Below, in pieces: positions 23,838-36,486 of a DNA stretch of 64,000 nt (the first letter of the stretch is position 1; each line of letters begins with the position of its first letter). The notes beneath the pieces were generated by a model. It was given only the letters and a program-made list of their open reading frames with translations, was not told the DNA's origin and ran no database searches. The position numbers and the translations under genes are program-made. Location of the stretch: assembly GCA_001643675.2 (NCBI GenBank), contig LSRY02000044.1:372001-436000 (forward strand). The letters run 5' to 3'. Source of the stretch: Monocercomonoides exilis PA203. Lineage: Eukaryota; Protista; Preaxostyla.

Positions 23838-25877
23838 ATGAAAAAAACAACAGCTAAAGTGCGCCCTTCTGTAATTTTGATACCAGGATGTGGAGGTAAT
23901 TTTTGAAGTTTCAGCACAATTTGCTTTTAACGCTGTTGTTTTCAGGAAGTGTAATAAAAGCAAGAAATAAAGAGAATTGGGAAACAGTAAAGTTATGGCC
24001 AACTATTTTTTCAGCTGACACAAAAATGCATAAATATATGCTTGGGAAACTGAATTGCGACACCTTATCTTATGTAGGAAATAATAAAAATTATCGTGTT
24101 TTTGTTCCTGATGGCAATTATGGACTTGAAGCTTGCGACGAATTGTTTCCGCGCACGCCCGTTCCCCACCGGTATGAATAATTTGGTGCATACACTTTTT
24201 GTGAAGTTTTATCCTCTGCAATCCTTTCCTCCACATATTTAATGGAATTTTTTATTTTATTGGCTTCTTGACAAATAGATATAATTCTTATTTTCATGAT
24301 ATTATTGTAATGCTTAAATCTCAAGGGTATAAGCCTGGAATTAACCTCTGGGGCTTTCCTTATGATTGGAGGGAAGAAGGAACACTTTTTTCAACAGAGC
24401 AAGGACTTGTAAACAGAATTGACGAAGCTTATGAGGCTTGCGGGAAACAGAAAGTTACAATTATAACTCATTCGCTGGGCGGCCAGCTGTTTCGTCTATT
24501 TCTCCAGTTGCATCCGTTGTTTGCGTCTTCAAGAATCAATAAATGGATAGCCCTTGCATGCCCGTTTCTTGGGGCAGGAAGGCATCTTACTGCTTTTCTG
24601 AATGGCTACGCTTTGGGCATGCCGTCAATATTTATGAAAGCATCTTCCATGCAAAGTCTTTCTATTTCAACGCTCGGAACATACTGGTTTGTGCAGCCTG
24701 AAAATGTGCCATTTTCTCCAAAGATTGGAATACGTGTTCAGACAAAAGGAGAAGGCCAAACACCAAAATGGTCAAAAAGATTATGGTTTTCCTATCATGT
24801 GGACGAGGAAGGAATATGCTGGGACGCAGATACTGATGAAAGTGTCAGCGAAGCCGAATCATCTTCGTCGCAAATTGTTACAGTGGCACAAGAAACATCA
24901 ACGGAAAACGAAGACCTTGAAAAATCTTTAAGAGAAAAGGAAACGAAGACATTATTGAATGATTCATTGACGACTGAAGGTTCTGGAAGAAGTATTTCCT
25001 CTGAAAGAGAGGTGTTTGACAGATACATGCAGCCTCCTAAGCAGGTTAAGCCATCATCAAATCTTTCGTCGCTTCCTCCCTCAGATGCAAATACATCGCA
25101 AATAGAACCGCTTTTTTGGGAATATGCGCCGCTTCAGGTTTCTTCGGCGCAGCACCGCTCGCCAATCCTCGACAGCCGAAATTTTGTCCCTCCAGTGCGC
25201 GCTTCTTCTTTTGCCTTGCCGCCCCAGTTTCGACTGAACACGCTGGATGAGCCTCCGCTCTCCAAGTTCTTTGCAGACTCGTGCTCGCCCTCCTGCCGTA
25301 ATGGGGCGCTCAAGCACCTTTCCTATGTTTCCTCGCCCAACTTCCGTGTCTCGGAGCGCCACACGCTGTTCCACCTGCATCACCCTCTTCCTCCCCCGGC
25401 AAAAGCCGGGAAGTCGTCGTGCCTGCCCTGTGCACAGCCGCCTTCTGCTGTGCCTCTGCCTTCCTCTTCGGCTCGTGCGCCGCCCAGGGCCTCAGATTCG
25501 GAGTCTCCGCCGTCAACAAGCCGTCTGCAGCCCACGAGCTCGTCGGAGCCTTCGGGGCTTCCGCGCCGCATGAAGCGCCTGTCGGATCTGTATGTGTATC
25601 TGCACAAGCAGACATACCCGCATATCTGGGAGCCACCGTTCACGCAGGAGGAGATTGTTGGGCACATCAGATATTTCTGGTCGCTGCCGCTTTCTCTGCG
25701 GTCGCTGGGGATCGACCTGTTCAACATCTTTGGGACTGGGCAGCCGACGGACTGGGACTGCCTCATCGATATCGACCAAAAGATGCTGAACAGCAAGCAC
25801 GAGCCAGATGAGCCTGTGGCGAAGCAATGCTCGTCTCCACCAAATGCATCATCATCATCATCATCATCATCCCTTTC

Positions 25878-25909
<32 letters not shown>

Positions 25910-26253
25910 CTTCTTCTTCTTCTTCCTCTTCTTTGTCAAATTCATCAGCCGATTCATCGAGATTGCACTCGGCAGCACAGGCGAAAGTGCCGAGTTCGTT
26001 TTCGTGTTTTACAGAGGATGCAGCGTTTGCGGGTGTGACGCGGGAGATGATTCTGAATGCGCATCGGAGATTTACGGTTGTGGACGGAGACAGGACGGTG
26101 CCAGCGTTTTCGGCAGCGAACGACATGCTGGATGCAGCAGCGCGGTTTGAGCTGCGCGGGGCGGTGCACACGAACATCCTGTGGGACAAGCGGTGCATGA
26201 ACATCATTTCGGCGATCCTGGGGCTGCCGATGCCGTATCCTTCGGTGTTCTGA
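23838..26253 (+). CDS. LCAT-family / group XV phospholipase A-like hydrolase; exons 23838-23895, 23946-24171, 24279-26253
   Basis: Spliced N-terminus MKKTTAKVRPSVILIPGCGGS (LCAT PxxLxPGxxGS), GFPYDWR, nucleophile ITHSLGG, GDRTVP and HTNIL. GT-AG introns keep the frame. Confidence 0.85.
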
Positions 26254-27021
26254 GAGAGGGAGCTGAGGGGAGGAGGGGGAGAGAAAGGAGGAGGGGGAGG
26301 GAGTGGTGGTTGGGTCAGAGGCAGCTGGCCCATTGAATTAGGGTTTGAGGAGACAGGAGAGAAGGATGCTCTGGGAAGCCGGATGGGAACGTGCGATGTG
26401 GGAGTGATGGGGAAGAACATTTTCGAGTTTATTTTGTTTATTCATGAAATAGTCATTTGTCATTTCGAAAAAAACACCAGATTTATTTTGTTTGTTTTTG
26501 TTTGTTTTTGTTTGTTTTTCCTTTTGAAAGAGGAAAGAGGAAAGAGAAATGGATGTATATTTTTTGTTTGTGCGTTTATTTGTTGATTGAAAACTCTTTT
26601 TTCATTTTTTCTTTTCTTTTCTATTTTTTGTGAATGCTGATGGAAAAAACATTTAAAAAAAACAAAAAATCAAATAATTTTTTTTCAATCTGAAAAAAAA
26701 AAAAAATAATAAATAAATAAATAAAAAATGAAAAGAAATGAAGGAAACTCGTTCTGTGCCTCAGCCATTCCGAAAAGAGGATGCGGGAAAGATGGTTGGG
26801 CAGCCAAGGCCTTGTGCCCCTGGCGCTTCTCCCACTTCCATTTTCAATGCATGCTGCCCATTGCCTTTTTGCCTCCAAAGAAGGAGCACAAGAAACAACT
26901 CAACGTGCAGCTGCTGATGGCTCAAATAATAAAAAATAAAAACAAAAAAACAACAATATTTTCTCACTTCACATTCTCCACTTCAAGAAGGCCACCAAAA
27001 CAAACACAGAAAAATCAGTTC

Positions 27022-27164
27022 AACACTCAAACTTTCATTCAGCGCTGGCTTTGGAGAGGCAACAAACCCCGCTCCTCCCCCAACCACAAAACTGAACAAC
27101 ATTCCCCGACAAAGGCTCTCACCATCTCTTTCGTTCTCTTCTCTATTTGCTCTCCACTTTCCCG

Positions 27165-27209
<45 letters not shown>

Positions 27210-27217
27210 ACTCAAAC
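27022..27217 (+). mobile_element. Putative retroposed poly(A)-tailed insert with 11-bp TSD AACACTCAAAC (right copy)
   Basis: aacactcaaac at 27022-27032 and 27207-27217 flank ~130 nt plus an A-tract of ~44. Confidence 0.4.
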
Positions 27218-28707
27218 AAGCACACTCCACACCCAGCAACAACACCTTAAAAAAAATAGAAAAAAACAGAAAATGATAAAAAAAATAAATCAATAACTTT
27301 AACAAACACAAAACATCACTGCCTCAAAGAAAAGATATTTCTCAAAAACAAGCTGTTTTCTCAACAGACCATGACTCTTTCCAATCCCCATTCAAAACAA
27401 TCAAACGATGAACTCCTCTCTTTCGCAACTCTTGCAGACACAACCACAACCACAACAAAGAAAAAAAATGCCTTCTTTTCAAAAATAGCACGTTCTCATT
27501 CTCTCCCAAACTCAGCTGACCCACAAAACACATCATTTTGCCTGCCTTCTGCTCCACAACCACAACCACGCCCACCATCCTTGCTGTCATTGTTCTTCCA
27601 TCACATAAACCCTTCCCTTTCTCGACCCCAACTGCCTCAAATTAGTCCTTATCCCAAATGCATCCTTCCCCAACATCAATGCCAACATCAATGCCAACAC
27701 CAATGCCAACACCAACGCCAACATCAACGACTCCTCTTCCCCTCCTTTTCGCAAATGAGCCCAAAGCACCCAGTGAAACACAACCTCGCGCTCTCAGCGA
27801 TTCCCGTCCACTTTCTTCCTTGTGCAAGCCTTCTCCATGCCCACAACCCCATGCAATCACAAAGGCACCTGCAAAGGCAAATCCCCTTTCTTTTCCCATC
27901 CCCATTGCGCTCGCTCCACAACAACAAGACAGTTCCTGCGTCTGCTCACAAATGCACTTGCAACCACATCAGCCGCATCATCTGCGTCAGCTGCATCCCT
28001 TGAAGCAGTGCCTCCCGTTTCTCCCTCGCATCAATCGCTGCTCAGCGGCTCCTCAATTCCTCTGCAACCTCGTCGCCTTTCACTCTCCCTCCACCACCAT
28101 CTCTTCGATGCACAGCTGGTGCATGCTCATGCTCATGCTCATGCGCTCCATTGGAAAAAGGAGTTTTGCCCTGTCGCTGGTGCTGGCGCTGCATCAACGC
28201 TTGCTCGGTCGTTTTCCACAGCTTCGCTGAAATATCACAAAATCGCGGAGGCAAAAGCATCCCCACACACGCGCGTTTTCGTTGCACCCCCCGACTGCAT
28301 GCAATGAGTTGCAGCAACCACAAACAGAAAAAAATATCTTTGCCATTTGTGCTTTTCCATTTTTCTTCTTTCAAGCACGAAAGAAAAGATCATTTGGTGA
28401 AGACAAGCAATCAACTGCCAATAACGATTTTCATTATATGAAAACACCTGCTGGCTCCAACAATCCACATAAAACGCGCGTGGCAGGCAAAACAAACAAA
28501 CAAACAAACAAACAAACAAAATAAGCATTCTCAGGCGTCTCTTGCACACATACGCGCGAGAACCCAAGAAAATTGCGCACAAAATCAATGCGCAAAAGTG
28601 CTTCTGAAAGCTATATTTTGGCCCCTCATTGCCCGTTCATTGCAAAAAACAATTTTTAATTTGCTGGAGCGAAATTATTATGGAACATATTGAATTTTTG
28701 TAATTCG

Positions 28708-31700
28708 ATGAGCGTGGAGCTGCTGATGCCGCGGTCGGTACGGCCTTCGGGAAGCAAAGGGGCGCCGTTTTACGGGGTGGACGTGCACCCGGACAACTCG
28801 TGCTTTGCGACAGCAGGGCCATGTGTGTGCAGTTTTTGTTTTTTGCTTGTCTGATGTGTGGGGGTGCAGGGATCGACATCTGGGACGCGGAGGCGGTGAT
28901 TGACGGGGCAAAGGAGGCGGACGGGGGGCGGCGGAAGGCGGTGCAGACGCTGAAGGAGCACGAGGGGTCAGTGAACTGTGTGCGTTTTTCTCCGAACGGG
29001 GCGTATCTGGCGTCGTGCAGCACGTCGGACGGGGCGGTGTTTATCTGGGCGCCGAGCGGGACGGTGGAGGCAGAGGCGGCGGGGGCGGTGGTGGTGCGGG
29101 CGGCGGAGGAGACAGCGTCGGGGCTGCGAGGGCTGAGGGCAGAAGAGGCGCAGGAGGCGCTGGGGGTGCGGTATGCGCGGGACTGGCGGTGGGTGCGGGT
29201 AGTTACGCAGGAGCAGGCAGCAGGGCACGCGGGGGACGTGACGGGGGTGTGCTGGGAGGGCGGGTCGGAGGCGGTGTATTCGTGCGACCTGGACGGGGGG
29301 ATTGTGTGCTGGGGGGTGCCGCGGGTGGAGGAGGTGATGCGGGTGGAGCGGTGTGTGGCGGCGGGGCGGGAGTGTGTGCGGGTGGGGTACGGGGCGGGGA
29401 GGATAAGAGTGCGGTGGAAGAGTGCGGTGTGCGAGGAGCTGGGGGGGTGCAAGGGGATTGTGAGCGGGTTGGGCGGGCTGTTTGTGCAGTGCGACGGGGC
29501 GATCCTGGAGGTGGAGAAGGAGAGCGGGGCGGTGCTGCGGATGCTGGGCCCTTGGCCTTGGCCTGGGCCTGGGCCTGGGCCTGGGTCTGGGCCTGGGGTT
29601 GGGGTAGGCAGAAGGGCGCGAGAAGAGGAAAGGGAAGAAAAGGGGGAAGAAGAAAAGGGGGAAGAAAAGGGGGATAAAGGGAAGAAGAGCTGGAGGGTGA
29701 GTGCGAGCAGCTTGAAGCGGAAGCGGAAGGCGGCAGCAGGGCTATGCCAGTTCCTGCGGCTGGACGAGTCGCGGGACGGGAGGATTGTGGTAGGGGTGTT
29801 TGGGGAGAAGGCGAAGGGGAAGGTGGACAGGCGGCTGGTGGAGGAAGAACAAGAGGATGAGGATGAGGATGAGGATGAGGAAGAAGAAGAGGAAGAAGAG
29901 GCAGAGGCAGAGGCAGAGGCAGAGGCAGAGGCAGAGGCAGAGGCAGAGGCAGAGGCAGAAGCAGAAGTGGGGTCATTTGTGATTCCGCAGTTGGATGGAG
30001 ACGGGGAAGAGGGAGAGATAGAGGAGAAGGCAGATGCTCAGAGCAGGCAGCCGACACACACATCTGGACCCATTCCTGGGGCTGAAATTACAAATGGACG
30101 TGGAGCAACAACAGCACAGTTGGGAGGAAGAGAGATTTGTTGGGGGGATGGGAGGAAGGGGCAGGGGCCTGGAGAAGAGGGGCAAAGGGAGAAAGGCGCT
30201 GAGGCAGAGAATGAGGAGGCGAAATCAGGAGAAGGAAAGGAAGATGAGGCAGGAGTTCCTTTGGGTTTGGGGAACAGGGAAGGAGACTCATGTGGGCAGG
30301 CAGGAAGTTGTGTTGTTGGTGGGGAACAGGGTTCATCATCATCATCATCATCATCATCCATTTCTTCTTCTTCTTCTTCTGATAGTGCTGGCGATGGAGA
30401 TTGTAAGACAGAAGATGAGACAGAGACGTGCAGGGGAGAGGAAGAGAAGGAAGAGAAGGAAGAGAAGGAAGAGAAGGAAGAGAAGGAAGAAGAGGAATTG
30501 AGGAGAAAGTGGAGAGAGCGGATGAAGAAGTACTTGGGAGGGGAGAAGGAGCAGAAGGAGCAGAAGGAGCGGAAGAAGCGGAAGAGAGGAAGAGAGGGGA
30601 GAAAGGATGGGAAGGGGCGGGAGCGTGGGATCGATGCAGAGTACCACACGGCGGGGGTGTATGTGGTGGATGGGGGGTGTGAGAAGGGCGAGGAATACAC
30701 AGGCACTTCGTACACTTCACACACCTCGCACACTTCACTTGGGGAGAGGAGCAAGGATGAAGAAGAGAAGGGAGAGAAGGGAGAGAGCAGAAGGCTGTAT
30801 GTGTGGGAGGACGAGTGGGTGCGGGAGGAGGAGAAGGAAGAGAGATGGAAGCTTAGGAGGAGAGGAGAAGAAGGAGGATGGGAGCAGGGATCGCCCTTAA
30901 CAACGAGGACAACAATAATGCCGGGAGGAGAGGGGATGGGTGGAAGGAGCGTTGGAGCAGGGGTGAGGCAGAGGGTGATTGGGCTGAGCGGGGTGCTGAG
31001 GCTGGGGGTGCTTGTGCCGGTGGGGTGTGTTGGGGGGCATGTTCTTCCGATCACGATCTGCCGATTCTGCCCGAGCTATTTTGTGTCGGTGGGGAGGGGG
31101 AGAAGGAGGGGGAAGGGAAGAGGAAATAAAGGAAATAAAGATAAGAAAGGAAATGGGGGAAGGGATTGGGAGTGTGATTACCATCAGTGCTTTGCAGTGG
31201 CAGGGACAGACTCGATGGTGTCGTTCTATCGGACAGACGAGCTGGACATTTTTGGGAGGGGAGGGAGGCAGAGGGGGAGGCAGAGGGAGAAGCGGAATGG
31301 GCCGTTTCTGATTGTGCAGCAGATTTCTGGGCAGCAGCCTTCGGATGTGAGCTGGAGCCATCCACCGATGGAGACGGAGACAGAGCTGGGGCGGAATGGA
31401 GAAGAAAAGGAGAAGGAGGGGAAAGGGGAGGAAAGAAAGGGGAGGAGATGGTGTGTGTGCGTGTGCGTGACGATGAAAGGAGAAATGATTGTGATTCTGT
31501 TTGAGACAGGGAAGAGCCAGGCAGAGCGGCGGGAGAAGCGGCGGCGGGAGTGGGAAGGGCGGATGAGGGAGAGAGAGAGGGAGGAGAGGAGGAGGCGAAT
31601 AAGGAGGAGGAAGAGAGGGGTGAGAAGGGAAAGAGGAGAAAGAGGAGAGGTGGGAGAGTTGGATGGGAGAGAAAGGGAGAGTGGGACAGAAGAGGGGAGT

Positions 31701-34700
31701 GAGAGCACAGAGCATGATGACTGGACGAGAGAAATAGAAGAAGAGGAAGAAGAGGGGGAATATGGGGAAGAGGAAGAGGAAGAAGAGGAAGTGCTTCTGG
31801 ATCGGGGCACGATTGGATGGGACTTTGCGAAGAAGGGGCAAGGGAGGAGCGGGAGAGCGGGGGAAGAGGAGTTTCGGTTGTTCAGAAGGCAGTACGACTT
31901 CGAGGATGCGATCTATCCAGCTGTGGACGATGCCCCGCTGGTTCTGGCGCAGGCGCAATCTCAAAAGCCTTCTCAACCACAGCCACAGCCGCAAGGTGGG
32001 AGTGAAGAACTGGGTTCAGCCGGCTGGAGCGGTGGGTGCCTTGGGGATATGGGTGGGGTGGAGAATGCTGGAGGGAGTGGAGAGGAGAGCGAGGGAGGGG
32101 AGAAGCAGATTTGCAGAGAAGAGGACAAGCGAGGAGGAGAGGGGGAGAAAGGGGTTGAGGCGAGTGCGATGGGGGGTGGAGCAGCAGCAGAGGAGGAGCA
32201 GCCAGGGATTGTAGTTTTGGGAGGAGGGGCATCGCGTGTCAAGAAGAGGATTGCGCCAATTCCGATTGGGATTTGCGATTGGAGCAAGGGTGGCGAAGCA
32301 AATACAACCAGCACCGCAACCACAACCACAACCGCAACCACAGGCACTTTCACAGACACAGCCATTGATGCACAGAAAGGGGGTGAGCCACGAGCAGAGG
32401 ATGAGGGAAGCACTTGGAGAAGAACGGGTTGCGAATCGGTTTCAGGATTGAGCTATTTGAGGGACTTGGGAGAGCGGGAGGCGATGGAGGAGGATGGAAG
32501 AGGAGCAAGGGAGAAAAGTACAGGGGAGAAAAATTTGAGGGAAGAGCGGAGCTGGGAGGGTGTGGAGCAGAGGGAGAGGGAGAAGGAGAAGGAGAAGGAG
32601 AAGATTCGGCGGGTGATTGAGCTGATGGTGCGGATTGGGGTGTCAGAGGCGACAGAGGAGCTGCGGTGTGAGGAGCGAAGGCGGAGGGAGAAGCAGAGGA
32701 AGGAGCAGAGGGAAAAGAGGGGGAAAAGAAGGGGAGAGGAGGAGGTTGTGTGGAGAGTGAAGGGGAAAGAGGAAGGAGATGAGAAAGGGGAAATGGAGGA
32801 GGAAGCGATGAGGGTGAAGGAGAAGATGATGAGGATGAGGAAGAGGAAGAGGAGGATTGAAGGGGAAGGGGAAGGGGGAGAGAGGGGAGAGAAAAGGGTG
32901 AAGGGAGAAGAGTGGAAAGTGGAGGGGAGCGGGGTGGTGGAGCCGGTGGGGAGGGGGATGCTGGTGCGGCGGGTGAGTGGGAAGCAGGGGACGGGGCAGA
33001 AGGGGCACAAGCAGGGAGGGCAGCACAAGGAGCGGGGGATGGACGTGTGGCAGGGGTATTATGTGCAGCAGGAGCGGGTGATGGAGCGGCTGCGGGAGGA
33101 GTGTGGCGGGCTGGCGGGGAAGGTGGAGGCGCAGAAGGCAGAAATGGGGGAGCTGGCGTCGCTTGTGAATGTGGCTGGGGGTGTGCTGTTTGGAGAGGGC
33201 GGGGTGCTGGGATATGCGAAAGGAGCATGGCTGGCGCGCCAGGGCCAGCAGGGGAGGAGCGAGGGATGTGGGGATGGACAAGGAGGCAAGGTTGACAAGG
33301 ACAAAACAAAAACAGATGGAGCAAACAGCGACAGATCAGCACAGACAACGGCAGAGTGTGCTCCTCAATCTGCACAGGCACATCCAGCAGGTGGGATGCA
33401 AGAAGTGGGAGATGGGTTGGGGCAGAAGGGACAGGGCAGCAGAGGAGCTTCTCAGCCAGATGAACCATCTTCATCTTCAGAGAACTCGGAGATATCATCA
33501 ACAGCAACAAAGGGAATGACAGACAATGCAGAAGGGAATGAAGGGAAAGGAAGAGGCGGGGAAGGTTTGCTGGGGGCAGAAGCAGAGAAGGTGTGTGTGG
33601 GAGAGGTGGTGGTGGAGGTGGGGAGAGAGTGTGGGAGCTTTGCGGATGTGGCGAAGGCTGTGCTGGGGCTGAATCCGCAGATCCGGTTTCTGGAGAAGGG
33701 CGGGGGAGCAGAGGGGGAGAGCGAGGAGAGGATGGAGGAAGGGAGGTGGGAGAGCAGGGCGGGGCGTGGAAATGGGATGTGGGAGGATGTGGTGAAGGGG
33801 CGCTTCCCAGCCACAGGAATCGGGCTGCGGCTGCGATTGGGGCTGCACTGTGGCGGGGCAGGGAGGGGAGGAGCGGAGGGAGCGGAGGGGTTGGGGAAGG
33901 AAAGCGGCGGGGAGGGAGGGCCTGGGGTGGTTGTGTGTGTGCTGTCGTGTGCTGTGGTGTCTGCTCCGCTGGTGGGTCTTTGGAAGATTCCGGTGGAATG
34001 GTATGGCGGGTGGCGGGGCACTGGATGGGCGAGCTGCTTGAATGGGGTGGTTTCTTCATGTGCTCCATCAGCACCAGAAGAAACAGAGGCAGAAGCAGAG
34101 GCAGATATGGGGAAAGAAGGGAGCAAAAGTGTCTGCTGCAGGATTGGCAATTGGAGGATTGGCAGTTGGGGGATTGGCAGTTGGGGGAGGAAAGGGAGCG
34201 TGCTTCCTGTGCTGCCGCCATTCTATGTGGCAGCGAACTCGGAGGTGGCGTGTGTGGTGACGCCGGGAGGGTGGGAGGCGGAGAGCGGGAGGGAAGGGTG
34301 GGAGGCGGAGTGCTTGGGCGAGTGGGCTGGAGGGGGAGGAGGATCAGAGGAGCTGGAGGAGGAGATGGGGAGGGGAGGAGCGTGGTGCACGTGGTGTCGA
34401 CGTGGAGCGGGTGCCGTGTCTGTGTTCCGTTTGTGATGGGCCGGCTGTGCTGGGTGTCTGTGCAGACAATGGAAGAGGAGGAAGAGGAGGAAAACGAGGA
34501 AAACGAGGAAGAGGGAGGAAGAAGGAGGCGATGTGTGGTGATTGGGGTTGACTCGTCGCTGGAGGTGTGGGTGTGGTCGGTGGATGCGAGATCTGCGATA
34601 GCGAAGGCAGTGGAGCGAGAAAGGAAAGGGTTGGCAGAGGAGGATGCGGAGGATGCGGAGGAGGAGGAGGAGGAGAAGGAGGAGACAGCACAAGGCTCGG

Positions 34701-35431
34701 CAGTGCTTGTGTTTCGGGCATCGCTGAGGCCGTGCTTCGGTCTGGAAGCAGAGGCGCAGGACTTGGCATCTGCCCCTTCTTCTGAGCCGCCATCGGATGT
34801 GCTGAGCCGGATTCAGGGGAAGTGGCAGGGGCTGTTTGGGGCGGGCAGGTGCTGTGTGGGGGAGAGGAGGGAAGGGCTGGGGAAGGGAGGGGAGAAGAGG
34901 GAGGGGAGGTATCGGCTTGTGGATGTGAAGGTGGTGAGAAAGAGGAAGAAGGGGGTGGGAGGGAAGGAGGGAGGAGGAGGGGTTGTGCCAGTGGTTGTGG
35001 CTGAGTGCGAGGGTGTGTGTGGTGGGGAGGGTTGGCGGAGGGTGCTGCGGTGTGTGTATTTGGAGGAGTGCGGGGCGTGGCAGCCGCTTTCGGGCAGCAG
35101 GGGGTGCCTTTGGGAGGCGGTGGCGAGGGAGGGAGGAAGCCGCATGGAGCATGGGAGGGACGGAGGCAGGGAGAGGCGGGGAGGAGGCGGAGAGGCGGGG
35201 ATGGCAGGGATGGTGAAGGTGCTGGACGGGGCAGACGCAGATGTGGCGCGGGCAGAGGAGCTGGAGCGGGAGATCCTGGGGCTGCTGCAGGCAGGGGCGT
35301 GCAGAGGAGGGAAGGAGGCGGAGGAGAATGCAGCGGTGCTGGGGCGTGTGCGGGAGCTGCAGAGCCAGCTGGGGCAGATGGGCAGGGCGTCTGCTGCTGC
35401 GCGTGCCTTCCACTTCGGATGGCCAGACTGA
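28708..35431 (+). CDS. HIRA: HIRA/Hir1 histone chaperone; intron 28823-28869 and one probable sequencing frameshift near 34370
   Basis: N-terminus MSVELLMP...PFYGVDVHPDNSCFATAG, WD40 repeats (HEGSVNCVRFSPNGAYLAS; GHAGDVTGVCW) and the Asf1-binding B-domain motif KKRIAP. The left copy has the extra G that joins ORF 28800..34436 to the frame ending at 35431. Confidence 0.8.
29898..29960 (+). repeat. (GAGGCA)n hexamer repeat encoding poly-(EA) within HIRA
   Basis: Direct reading; mirrored near 13640-13702. Confidence 0.9.
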
Positions 35432-36486
35432 GGATGAATGAACGTGGTGTTGCACGCACACACATGCACACGCAGAAGGAGGGAATGCCAGAGCGTGTGG
35501 CGATGCTTGCTCTCTGGGTGTTGCATGCACCCCTTCCGAAGCATGGCCTTTCTGAAGTGTCACCGGCCATTTGCTGGACGAAGTGAGAGAGAGAGAGAGA
35601 GAGGGAGAGGAGCAGATGCGTCATCGTGCGCTGATTCTTCTGGGACTTGCTCAAAGGCAGCCATCCACCAAGTGGGGAAAAAAAAAAAAGAACTTTATTA
35701 TTGCTTGTATTTTTTCTTTTGCTTGTTTTTTCTGCTTCAAAAATACATATGAACAAAAAAAGAAAAGCCACAAAAACACGCTTCCTGACATGCTCAGCTG
35801 TGCATTTTCTTCCTCGCTGCAGATGCTTTTTTTTTCTTTTCCTTTTTTCTGAAGAAGTTCGCATCAAAAAACACGAAAAAAACTGCTCTTTCTGCACCGC
35901 TGCATGTGCGCCTTTTGGAAAGGCTCCTTCTGTTCAGAAGGGCCAGGGATGAGTAAAAACATAAAATACGACCAAACACGCCAATATCAACCAAAAACAC
36001 TGTCCAACATCCCAATGCAATTAATAAATCGAAATATAGGAATCAAAAAAAGACTCATTCTTCCAGCTCGGTTTGCGAGGCACAAGGCTTCAAATCCTTT
36101 CAGATGAATAAAACTCGCAAAAGAACTCCAATAAGCATCCATTGGCCATTTCATAAGCTGCATTGCACTTGCGCTGCAATTCTCCTCCATTGCGCTGTTT
36201 CCCCCATCTTCATCCAAATTGAAGTCATTTCTTGATTTCGTTTGAACAATTATCTGTCCCTCTGTTTTCCTCAAATACTTGAAAAATAGCAATCCTTCCT
36301 GGAATGCAGCATTCATCTTTTTTCCCTCCCTCCAATCAGCTGAACTCTTGCTCCTCCATATTTGCCTCGATATTCGCGTTTTAAATGATGAACAGCCCAT
36401 AAGGGCAATCATGAGGATCCACATTTGCATAATAACCAAAAAAAGATCGCGAAAACAAAAATCGGGGAATTGACGCTGATACAGCG

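Noticed and set aside
27371-28588. Cluster of short ORFs on both strands between LCAT and HIRA (mirror 14962-16147)
   Set aside because: Frames differ between the arms and there is no motif or consistent splice model. It might be a decayed gene fragment, but that cannot be supported.
36062-36100. tRNA-like A-box/B-box words (cagctcggtttg ... ggcttcaaatcc)
   Set aside because: The spacing is only ~10 nt, and no cloverleaf or acceptor stem can be formed.
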